NCBI RefSeq assembly: GCF_000150275.1
Contig: NW_002060975.1
Span: forward strand, 66,655 to 130,654
From: Trichoplax adhaerens
Lineage: Eukaryota; Animalia; Placozoa
Direction: 5' to 3'
DNA: 64,000 nucleotides
Below, piece after piece: positions 12,638 to 25,298 of this stretch. The notes under the pieces are model-generated. The model had not been told where the DNA came from. It did no database searches and was given only the letters and a program-made list of their open reading frames with translations. Position 1 is the first letter of the stretch; every line of letters starts with the position of its first letter. Made by a program: the position numbers and the translations under genes.

Positions 12638-14993
12638 TAGCCAAAACTAGAAGTCTTCTCACAATTAGGGATTTACGGTTTTGAATAGATACTCGGTAAA
12701 ATTATGTAATAACGCAATTATTGTTGATATAATACAACTGACTGAAAATTTTAGTTTCAGCTACTAATAAATACAAGTTTAGAATATAGGAATAAAACTG
12801 ATTGTCCTAGTTAACTTGAGTTACTGATATACTTTAGCTACTAGATTAATTAATTAAAACGAAGATTACCCTATGATTAGTCAACTTCGATTTCAATACA
12901 AGACAGAATTTATCGTATTAAATCTTTTAGAACTATAGTTTAACCAATTCTTGCATTTTTAGAAATTTGATAAATGATACAATTGTTGATAGAGTTAACA
13001 TGGAATAATATGTTCAATAAAATGGGCGCGAGCTAGCTCCAATAGTAAGTGCGCTGTTTAATATTGCTTCGATCAGTTCCATTATTTAGTCTATGGTCTA
13101 GGATTAAAATTAATAGTTTGAAAACTAATGGTAAATAGTATTTCTAAAACGCTCATCCTTCGATTTACTAGGAAACCAACAGTACAGTTCAGTATTCTTG
13201 ATTTCGAGCCTTCTAGATATGCGTAGGCTCTTAAGCATCATCGTTATATGATGACCAGAGATTTTAGAGGATTGAGGTAGCAAGCTATGAATGGCATCAA
13301 AGCAATCGCTTTACACTAGATTAAACTACTTCTACTTTGTAACGTAGAAAAGAAATCGATGACAACGAAATTAGTAGTGAACAAATACTCTATTTTTGAG
13401 CATCATTGAACCCTATCTAAATGTCAATATCGAGTATATACCGCATATAGCGTATGTTATATCGCGTAGACGATACTATTCAATTTCTGCGGCTACATCT
13501 AGCAAACATATGTTGCTTACTAGACTAATCTACCAGCTGATATTATACTTGTAGCTGAATTGTATGGGTACCAGCATACGCATACAATATTTTACTAACA
13601 GTAATATATAGCTTATGAATATGCAACAACGCTAATTTAGCGTACGCTATCATGTGACTCTAACTGTTCTTGGCCATTGTACAGCGATAGTATAAAATTA
13701 AAACATACAAAATATTGGACAACAAAATTGACCTAGTCAGACTCCAACAGCGAACACTCTATCCAGAATTACTCGATTGGTCCAGTTCAAAGTTAAGAAT
13801 GAATATCATTGATGAATTACCTTGCTACTGATGGTAAGTTGCAATCATAATCAAGTGTTATATTGATGGGGATAGCAACATATCTGACTGTAATAATAAA
13901 CTATTGAGAGCTTTTATTGCTAACCGTTAAGTAGTACTGCATTCGTTGGCCCTTGTATTTCTAATGCATACACGAAACTCTTATTACATTCATAATTTCG
14001 CTATTGATTAACTGGATACTTGGACTAAAATGAACACAGACTAATATTGTTGTCATTTTAAATCCAATATTTCTTCAGAACGACCTTGAATGTTAGATTA
14101 TATTCCCTGTACTCTCTTGTCATAATGATTTTTATTTCGCTAAATCCGTATCGGCTGTCGTAAGCAATGTGCTAGAACAGAGTATAATTGAATTAAATTG
14201 AAAGTATCAAGTTTTCAAAGCGAAATTAGCTTAATTTTAGACTGGTTTTAGCCTTTATTGACAATTCCCATAAGAGCTACTATAAACTAGTCGATTATCT
14301 GTCTAACCGTTTGTTACGTCAGAAACTAGCCCAGACGGAAATAAGAAAAAATTTGTCTATCAGCATGCGATATCATAAAACAGATTCTATTCCCTTATTA
14401 ATCAACATTTAACAGAAGTATCCTTGATTTCGAATACATCTTGTAAATTGTAACGATTTCAATTTATCATATAATTATTGCGCAGCCATACGTTATCCAA
14501 TCAACTCCTCACGATATTGCAATCGCAACTTAATTTGAAATTTATAACACACTTCATGACTGAAGAGTAAATGAAGCATTGCTAAATTAATTGTATCTTC
14601 TCAATAACTACGATAGTTTTGGAGTACTTCTGGAGACGAAATAAATATTAGATATGTCTAAAAGTCAACACTGTAGTTTACTAATCAAATATCTCTTGTA
14701 TCTGTTTTACATACGTGTATAACATACATATAAGATCAGAAGATTGAATAGTTCGAGATTCTACAATAATCTAGAACACATTAACTTTCGATCATCACAC
14801 TTAAATATATCGCTCTCATTAAAAATCTCCTTCTCATTCTTATTGCCTATATCACACTTTATTATTAGCCATAACGCAGGTACAATTTTTTTTCAGATAC
14901 TTAGAATATCCTCACATCTGGAATGATCATGATTTAGAATACTCATAACTTTTGATATACGATAAATTGCTAACTCCAAGTCAATCAAATAGA

Positions 14994-17707
14994 ATGGTTT
15001 TTCATTATTTCACTTCGATTCTTGTTCTTATGCTCATCTCTTGTTATTCTGGATCCCTGAAAGCCTCTGAGATCGTAGCTGTATCACATCACACATACAG
15101 CCATGCCATTCAATTAGTCCAAATTGGTCAGGAATTAGTTGAACGAGGGCATCAATTCACTCTAGTAGTTGGCTCTAATGTCGATTTCCGACATGATCAT
15201 GCTTCAACTATCCGGATTCGCCGTTATCGCACTATTCTCAATGATTCGTTTGTTACAGATTGCATTCAACAATTTGTCAAGGGCAAACAAAATCTATCAT
15301 CTTTCTGCATAACGATGCTGAATGATGACTGTGAGTGTTTACTTAAAGACCGTCAGCTGTTAAAAGAAATATCAAATGGAACAGGTTAGAAGTACAATTA
15401 AATTATTATCAATTGATTGCTACTGTTGTAATTTAGCAAGTACAGTTCCTGATCGTAAAGTAGTGTGGCTATTTCTACATCTATTTTAATCTGGATGCAT
15501 ATTATTCTACCTGCGTACTCTTTACCTATTTTCTCTTCTAAATCCACTTTACTGTTTCATCACTAGTTATTCATAAACAGTTCAATTCTAAGCGGTAAAA
15601 GAGTTCTACGATCTCGTTAGGTTGCAATGTAAAGATATTCCAACCATACCTTATAGGTATGCTATATTCCTATCTTGATCTGATATTCGCAATATAAAAT
15701 TTGTTTTAAAATAATTTAGCAAGCGAATATAATGCATCTTTCGATAAAAATAAATCGCTTTATCGTATTTATAAACGAACGTATTTGCTATAAAACATAT
15801 GGTAATCACAACATGACGTAAACTTGAAATAATTTCTCTACAGGCAAACTATAACTTTTATTATTACCGCATTTACTCACCGTATACTCCATATATTTTA
15901 TGTTGTACCTATTAAAAACGTACGAGTACTCTAAAAATTAGCCATTTCGGTCTCAGATAATCCAGCTATATGGGCACATTACGTGAGCTAAACTAATACG
16001 GGTGTATGTTAATGATTCCATTAGCCATAGTTTCTAAGGATTAATAATTGAATTATGCTCTGAAATAATCAATTTTTTCAGTCAATAAGTACGAATGCCA
16101 CATTACCCCGTTAAAGTATAGTTTAAAATATGCAGTAAAGAAAGTCATGGTAGAAATTGAGTTGGAATTGAACAATATAATTGTAATTGTAAAATACTTT
16201 AAAGATTTGAATCATTTTATACTATATGCAGTGAATGGGTTTTAATCCATAAAAACCATGGTCTAAAATTTCTTTATTAACTGTAAGTATAAGCTACTAT
16301 TCTACGTCACATAGTGCTTTACTTCATGTTATTATTATACTTTTAAAGAACTTTACTACTCTAGCTGGCTGTAATAACTACATTTTATAACGCCAAAGAA
16401 ACGCTACTAGTGCGCGGCTAATCTATCATCTATCGATAGATACGCATTAATTTTTATAATAATTTTGAACTTCGTAGCTAAATAATTTTCGAAATTTGTT
16501 CTAATCTCCTTTAGTATAAAAAATCGTGTCATGCGTTGCAGTGGACTAGATTATTAAAACTCTTGTGTTGTCTATATTAGATATCCTAATAACGGATGTC
16601 ACATTCCGTTGTTCTGTAATTATCGAAGACATGCTGAAAAATATCCCTTACCATGTTGGATTCTCAGCAAGTGGATTTCAAGACCCAATAGTATCATCAT
16701 TATATAGGATACCCACTCCGCCATCATATATCCCAATGATGATACTCGATTTTAGTACCGAAATGACTTTTATCCAACGTCTACAAAATTTTTTTACATA
16801 TATTAGTGCTGATTTATTATTTGATCAAATTATGGATGAGGGTAATCAAGATTTATGGATGAAGTATACAAAAATACCTAGTTTAGATCGCAATTATCAT
16901 ATCCCACTTGCAAATATATTAATTATGACCACAAGTTTCGCTATTGAATATGCACGACCAATTACACCATCTGTCAAAGTTGTTGGACCCATTATACCGA
17001 GGCAGACGTCTAATAACCTCACAGTTGATTTATATAATTTTATCTATTCGACTTCATCACCTGAATTTATAGTAATCAGCTTTGGGTCTCATGTCCCTAA
17101 TTTCCAACTTGATATTGACTATGAGCTATTAGTGTTAAAGCTTTCTAAACTACCCTATCGTATTATATGGAAATATTCAGGCCAGCCTTTAAAAAATCAG
17201 CCAGAAAATGTTAAGATAATGTCATGGATACCGCAAAATGATCTGTTATCGAATCCAAATTGTAAATTATTCGTTACTAATGCCGGTATGAGCAGTATTC
17301 TGGAAGCAAGTTATTATGGAGTTCCTATGTTAGCGATTCCTTTATTCGGAGATCAAGCTGGCAATGCTCAAAGAGTTCAAGTTGCCGGTATTGGTAAAGT
17401 GCTATCACTATCCGAAGGTACTGTTAATGAGCTATTGCCTTCGATTACGAATGTTATTCATGATCCAATAATTAAAGAGAACAGTAAGAGAATTGCCAGT
17501 CTTATGCAGTATAAAACTGAAAAGACTATTTCTGGTATTAAAGAAGCTGCTAATTGGATAGAATATGCTCAACTCCACGATAACGCAAAACACTTACGAG
17601 TTCAAGCTTTTGATATGCCTTGGTATCAGAGAGACTCAATCGATATCTGGTTTTCGTTAGTAGCTATTATTATTATATTTTACATTTATTTCTTTTACTT
17701 TGAGTAA
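14994..17707 (+). CDS. UDP-glycosyltransferase gene D (divergent); exons 14994-15384, 16581-17707
   Basis: SHAIQL..GQELVERGH. Splice GT-G|gttag...ttag|AT gives DILITD. Contains EYARP and WIPQNDLL..FVTNAG..PLFGDQ. The stop follows the TM helix directly. Confidence 0.92.
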
Positions 17708-18898
17708 TTACATGAAAAATTAAGTTTTATGGTTATTGATTGTTTTTAAAGTCTTGTATATTTTAGCAAAATACAATATATAATAAAACATATTGAATCT
17801 AAATGTGATTAACTTGACTTAAGGAAATATGTTTAACCTTACTAATCTATTCGCACTGTTAAGACTTTTAGCATTAATTCCTTGATCAAAAGACTAATCA
17901 AAGTTGTTATGGTTATTCATATTCTTATAGATATTTATTGAGTTTACTCTAAATTGTAATTTGCCGATCTTTGAGACGATGCAGCTATCACTATAGTAGA
18001 ATAAGTGACCTTCGCGGCAGACAAAGTTTCTTGTATTTCATAATCTCTCAACACTGAATATTTCTGAATGTAAGACCAGCATTTTATTAATAAAGTATAA
18101 AGACTTTTACCTGCTTTATTCTAGACTTCAAAAGTAAGGCTGCAAACTACGTTGAAATTTTGTTTAGGCAACTATCTTATTAGTTTGGCAATCTAATATA
18201 TTACCGTAAACTATACTCGTAATTTAATTCATTTTCGCATCTCTAAACAATTTACTACCGTTTGCTCTACCATTTTATCATTGCTTCAATTACAACAAAT
18301 CAGAACGGAATAATTTAATTGAAATTCTTTTCTAATGAATTGGATTTCACTTACATCAGCAAGTAAATCCTACGGTAAATGCTAAACCTTAAAATGCATT
18401 TACGCCGATTTTTATTGCATGGTAATGTTAAATGGATTCTAATAACGTAACAACTCTAATGCAAACATTATACTATTCAACATTCAAATACTTGAATTAG
18501 AATTAACTTTTATAGGAATTATATGCTGATAATCCTTTGAGAGATAAATATTCAGGTAGAGATATCATATATAATGTTTCATTAAAGAGCTATGATTATA
18601 CACGTAAATACAACTAGCAAATATTACCAACAAATGTTCTCAATGTTAAGCTCGATATCAGAGTCTAAAATCCTATAGTAACAAAATAATATCACAAGAC
18701 TCGCAAATAGACTAAAAGCAACATACATTCTTATATATCAACCAAAAGAATATTTTGTATTAGTACATCATTTTCCCTAGTGATTATTTATATAAACAAA
18801 ACGTAAAGTAAGCAAGAGCTCGGACAGAAAAATACAAGACAGCAAGGTATCTAATGATATTATTACCGTAAGTGTCCCAAGGAAGACTACATATCTAA

Positions 18899-21800
18899 TT
18901 ACAATTTACTACTTATAATCACTGCAGAATGCTGATTATGTTTCGTGGTCACGGGTAGTTCGCAAGGAGTGATCAGGGTCTTTATTCTCTATAAAACACA
19001 AGCATTAGTTAGCAGAAGCAACGCAAGTGAACACAGTGCATAAATCGAAAATATCATCACAAAGTTACATGATAGCACAGCTGTATAAATAACAGTGATT
19101 ATTTAGTAACTACAATTATGACCTCGAAAATAGTCGCCAACTAAATTAATTCTAAAAAAATTCATTTATGGTACCTCAGAGAATGATCCATTTTCTTTAA
19201 TGATTCGATATATGGCCACAATAGGAACAAATAGAAAAGAAGTTAACGACAAGCCAACTCCAGCATAGAGTGTCCATCCTGGGAAGGGAACTCCAGCATA
19301 TGACAGTGGCTGATCTTGAACTATGCTAAGCACGAATACAACCTAGAATAATAAAGGATGGGTTACTATTACCATAAGACAACACACACTTTGATATTCT
19401 TATACTGTACACTGTAAATAGGTTGTATAACCTTGGAAAATGATAAGCAATGTTGTATAAGTTGCATTACTACATATGTACTACGTAATCATGGAACCAT
19501 TTATAAAGCTTAATTTATATTAAATTTACTGGCAGTGACCATGAATATTTGGGCAATAGTTAGCGGAAAATTTTATTTATGGTACTTTCTGCCTTCTAAA
19601 CGGTAAGCACTCATTCTAGATGATGCTAAGAATTCAATATTACTGCCGTGAATAGGAAAGTATTATAGCTACAACTTACAAAACAGATTTACAGTAGCAT
19701 ATTAACGCACTATCAGTATGGGATTACTGCGTGTTTGGTATCACCTAGCAACAAATTTTACTAACCAATAAGCAAGCGGGACATAAAAACATCCAGCAAA
19801 ATTTCCAACCAATAAAGACTCGACTACCAGTCATCTCTTCTATGTTTTCTGAAAATTTATTCGCTCCTAAAAAAGTTAACAATATTGCCTTAATACCAGT
19901 AAGTTTTATCCAATTTTCCATTCGAGATTGGTAAAATGTCCTGGTTACATCCTGACTTTACAAGTTGATATCAACCTACCGTAAACCCATGAAATAGCAA
20001 TTGTCTCTAGCAGTACCACAAGCATTAAAGATCGACCTCCACAATACTTGTCCATAATTGAAACGACAAAGACACTTGCCTATCGGATATAACGATAGTA
20101 AACAGAATATATTCATTGACATTGACAGAGTGCTGTTGCAGACAGTAATTTCAACGATAAAGCTGAGACTAAATTAAAAGGATCGACGTTCATTTCATTG
20201 GTCCCAAACCCTGACAACAATATAAAATGCTTAGGTATAGGTGTAAATGTATATATTCGTATGTTATAGAATCACAGAGCTATCCATGCGAGTTAAGAAC
20301 TTATAGCAGGGTTATCTAATCGAAATCCAACCGCACTATTTATGATTGCACATAGTAAAGATTTTCCAATAATTCATGTTGTAATTGCCTAATATCAAAC
20401 CAGCGAGTAAGTTATATGCAACAGTAAATCAAATTCTAATTCATTTTACCGTTTCTTAGTCTTACAATACATTGCATTATCTACTAGACATCAAAATGTT
20501 ATGTTACATCTAAATAGTTGTAATGCTGCTGCAAAATTTCCTACCTTCGTCGCACATATTAAGCCAATCAAGAAGAAACAGATGCAAATAATTAAAACCA
20601 TTAATGGTTTACGCTTCGTTATTCTATTTTTTACTCGATCACTGATGCCAGTAGATACAGCTTCAATCATTCCGAACTGGAAATTGCAAAAAATAAATTA
20701 CAAATAACCAGTGAAGATTGCATTTTAATGTCGACAACTAATAGCGATTTCAACAAACTCGAATTATTTTCTATTGAATAGTAATCTTCAATATCTCTAT
20801 CTATACACGATAATATAATTACAATACCAATGAATAATTAAATTCAATTAAAGCGATTATTTACCATACTATCCATGCCTAGAGTCATAAGCATTATGAA
20901 AAATATTATAGCCCAAACATGAGGACTAGGCAATTTGGCGATCGCTTGTGGATAGGCAACCAAAGCTAAAGCGATACCTAGATTAAGGTACCGAATTGGC
21001 ATGTATAAGTGATGTTCCGCATAACAATAGCGAAGCTAACTGCGGTGTGACTCTTCCAGCGTATTAAGAATGTTAGAGTTTAATACACCAAGTTATAACA
21101 GTATAATGGAAGATCAACGTATATTTATTTATATGTGTTATGAATTAGAGTTTTAGTCTCACCTTCCGTTACAACACCAGCTACTGGCGTATTTGTAATT
21201 TCAGCTAGAAATCCCAATATAGCAAACACCACGAAACCAGCAAAGATGCTAGTGCCACTATTCGCTAGGATAACATAAAATGCATCTCTACAAACGGTAA
21301 ATATTTATTTATTAGGAACGCTAGTTGCCGCTGATGATAACGCACATGTTAGATCAAATGACCTTACCTCTGAATTCGGTTATTAAATTTATTATAGCTT
21401 CCCATAGCAATAAGTGAACCAAAACCAATTCCATAAGAATAGAATATCTGGCCGACAGCATCTACCCAGGGCTAAATAGCGACGTTGTTAAGGAATAAAA
21501 ATATAAATTTGAAACGGACTCACTTAACCTCAAGGATAAAACCTCTTATCACAGAATTTATGACTTAACAAGTTAAGCATAACAATTCTAATTTAGCTGT
21601 GGCAGCAAAATTAGAATTATGCAGGAATTTCCACGTAACATTAAAATCTTATACTGCAAATTTTGATTTACTTACATCTGCATGGGCCAGTTTCGTGAAA
21701 TTTGGTACGATATAATATTCTATCCCTTTGACAGCTCCAGGCAACGTTACGCCGCGTATTAGGAAAGCGATCAATACAATGTAGGGGAAAGTAGCAGTGA

Positions 21801-24800
21801 AATAAACAACCTTCAATTTAAAAGACATTTGTGCTTAGCGAAATTTTAATTTATACACGCATAATATTTAATAATTCATTGATAGGGGAGAGTAGCAGTG
21901 AAATAAGCCGCCTTCCGTTGGAAAGATATTTGCACTTAGCGAAATTTTAATTTATATACCCATAGATTTGTCAATTAATGAATAAGTATTTGTACTGCTA
22001 TTAATAACGCTAACAGAAGAGTAGCCTTTAGTGAGTATTTTAAAAAGGTTACACAATTTATGAAAGTGTTTTGAAAAGTTTATTTACCTTCCCAGATGAC
22101 TTGACCCCCATAAACATAGAAAAGTAGGTAATTATCCAAGCAATTAGCAAGCATACAACCAAATGGGGTAGTAGAGCAAAACTAATTTGAAAAGATAGGT
22201 CCAATTCTAAAACCTTGAAACTAATGTATCGTAGAAAGAAGGAATAATTAGAGGCAGAAGATGTGTACAGTACTGTATAAAGCACATATCAAGGGTTCAT
22301 TTGCTACTTGAAGTGTGGGGCAAAATTAAATTTATAGCCTATACGGCTTACTTTAGGAATTCTCCTATGGCTGGGATGTTGTATAGTGATCCATTTTTTG
22401 GAACATCGACAAAACAGTATGGTGAATTGTAAGTGTTATTGCAAGTTGACCAAGGCAACACAGGAGCAAAACTGCTGTAAAGATAGTACAAACTCCATGC
22501 AATCAGCATATTATAATAAATTGCTACCCAACCAGAAATGACCATCATGGCGTAGCCTAGACCTAAATAAGTAACGATAAAGTAGAATGTCTATTCTTTA
22601 TCGTCAACCTCATCTCGCAACAAACTCCATCATGAGCAAGAAATATGTACACTTCCTACATCGCGTATAAAAATGAAACTCCTACTGAATAGTAAAAGCT
22701 TAAGATTGGTGATGCACAACAGCACCATAGTCATCGCCTGGTAGTCCTTTACGATCACAACTTGTTGGATACTTTTTTAATTATCTGTTAGCGATGATGT
22801 ATGCTATATGTACAATAACAATTTTTCCAGAATATCCTTTATGAATTGTGTGATAATTTACGAAAAAGGTAATACATTGCCTAGTTAGTGTGAAAATACG
22901 ATGGAGTAATGAACTACATGGACTTGGCGCTAAATCCATGGTCGATATTAACGTTTGTGATAATTTAACTTGCATAAAGATGATCAGAAAAGTTATAGAA
23001 TATGAAATGAGGAAATTAACGTCATGCTTTCACATCAAATCACAATCTCGATATAATTTTTGCGCATTTGTTATNNNNNNNNNNNNNNNNNNNNNNNNNN
23101 NNNNNNNNNNNNNNNNNNNNNNNNTCCTAGTTACGTTACACCAACAATTTTGTTTATTTATACTCATAGCATTTATATCTCCAGTGCCAAGATTGGACAG
23201 GAAAATTATTTGTAGACAGCTTAGTCAAAATTTGCCCATCATTTGTTTATGACACGCGTGGAGGTAATAGAAAAGCTGAAAAGCTATCTCTATAATATTG
23301 CACGTTCACAAATCAAGCCATGTCAATAGAAATGGCGCCATTGTACAGTACTGTAGAGAACAGCATATACTGTAGTGTGATTTTGTCACCCTTTTCGGAT
23401 TTATAAAATAGGAGAGTAAAGTGTAAAGGTAAAACAAAGAAGCGAATCGAAAAATAATCTCGTCAAAGACCTACTACTAAGTGCCATAGGACAACTTAAA
23501 ATGTCATCCTAGGTCTATCATACAGTAGATTTCACACTTGATGCTAATATACTGTACAGGTTCAGTAGCACGACGGATAATAATGAAATTGGTCAAAGAT
23601 ACCGTAGATGATGGATTTAGTTTTTCATTAGCGATTTATTATACTACTGTAGAGTCAACACTACGCGTTGGTTTGGAATGCAATTTTACCAATAACGAAT
23701 ACTGGAAAAGTCATTACGAGTATCCTGTCGGTTTGCTATAGTATTAACTACCATATTCTTATTGGAATACTTTGAAATTAATAATATCGGGATCAATTAC
23801 AAAGTGGCGAATGTATTTTGACACCAACGTCAAGGTGACGACTGGATTTGTTAGTCTTAATTTTCGATTTCCAGTTTGGTTTTATATTGAACTATTCAAG
23901 AAATTTCTTTATCGATGATTAGTTTTGAGTCAATACGACGACAATATATGGTTTTATGAAGACAAAAGGATGCACTGAATAATGGCTACTATGGCTGAGG
24001 ATTAGTAAGTGGGAAGAATAAATTGAAATAATCTAATGCGGCTTTACGATGTTCAGTGTCTGTTAACAATAACAATGTTCAGTCAATTTCTAGTGATTCG
24101 TTTAGTTTTGCCTTCACTAAAATTTCTCCAATATTCCTATCATCACGAAACAGGATGGTCAGAACTGTTGCATCTTTAAGATCATACAGTATAACGGAAA
24201 GAGTAAAGAAGCGATGGTGTTGTACAGTATACAGTTGTTGACATTTTAATTCTCACGGGTATTACTGGATCATGTATACTGTGGACTGTAGAGTAGAATA
24301 ATTGATGATCTGATTGATAATAAATAATAATATTATAATCAATGAGTATCATTCACTGTTGTGCAGTCAAAATGTTTGTTATCCATTTTACATAGAATTA
24401 TCAGCTACTTTTTTAATGAATAAATTAATACTGCATTGCAAGGCGTTTTTTCAATTTTCTTGAAATGATTGGAAAGGAAGTCGAAATTTGGTCAAATTGC
24501 TGAAGTCTTGATTTACGCACAAACAGATTGCTAGTGTGTTGAAGAGTTTTGTAAGGATGTAAGATCATCTGCACATAATTGTGCTTATGAATTGATCGAA
24601 TTCATGGTTAATGCCTTGTCGATGTGATGCATTTAAATTAAAATGAGATGGATTGCTTAGATGTATGACAACATCGCCATGACAATGATATTCAGTATGC
24701 TTGTAAAGGATTTTTATCTAGTGGTCAATAAACACAGGTTGTTTTTGATTTCTGTCATAATATTTGTCTTGTTGTTGTTGACCGTTTTCCGCCATCATGA

Positions 24801-25298
24801 CTGTACAGTATCCTTATTTCAAAGTCAATGGATTAGTGGCCAGTCGTCACTGGTAGAGAGAAATAGGAGGGTATTTCTTGCATGATACAGTACTATACAC
24901 TAAGATGGCTAATTCTCAACCCTTGTATTGTGGCGGTATGGAACTTTTCAGTCCCATATTGATTGCAATATTAGTCGATGGACGACATTGCTCCACTGTT
25001 GTCTAGCAGTTCAATCGGCCATATTGAGTTGACAAGAGAGTTTATTAATCTGTTGGAGTGATGATGCTACGAAGTTTTAGTGTATCCATTTCAACTTACC
25101 ACCTCCATTCTTATAACACAAGTAAGGAAATCGCGCGATATTACCAATGCCTACAGCATAGCCTACACAAGAAAGGAAAAATTCAATCCAAGAAGACCAT
25201 TCGGTTCTTTGTTCTGGCTCATTTTTGACATCTTGTAAGTGATGATCGTCATCATCAATCTTCTGCATTGATTTTTCTGTATCATGATCCAAAGCCAT
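18899..25298 (-). CDS. SLC6 (NSS) Na+/Cl- dependent amino-acid/GABA-type transporter; exons 25298-25100, [TM2 exon not found], 22562-22352, 22220-22088, 21810-21676, 21471-21368, 21287-21163, 20977-20865, 20676-20545, 20079-19980, 19866-19766, 19342-19175, 18988-18899
   Basis: Motifs: [101 protein letters not shown]. All boundaries are GT-AG with compatible phases. Confidence 0.93.
23075..23124. other. Assembly gap (50 N)
   Basis: Run of N characters. Confidence 1.
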
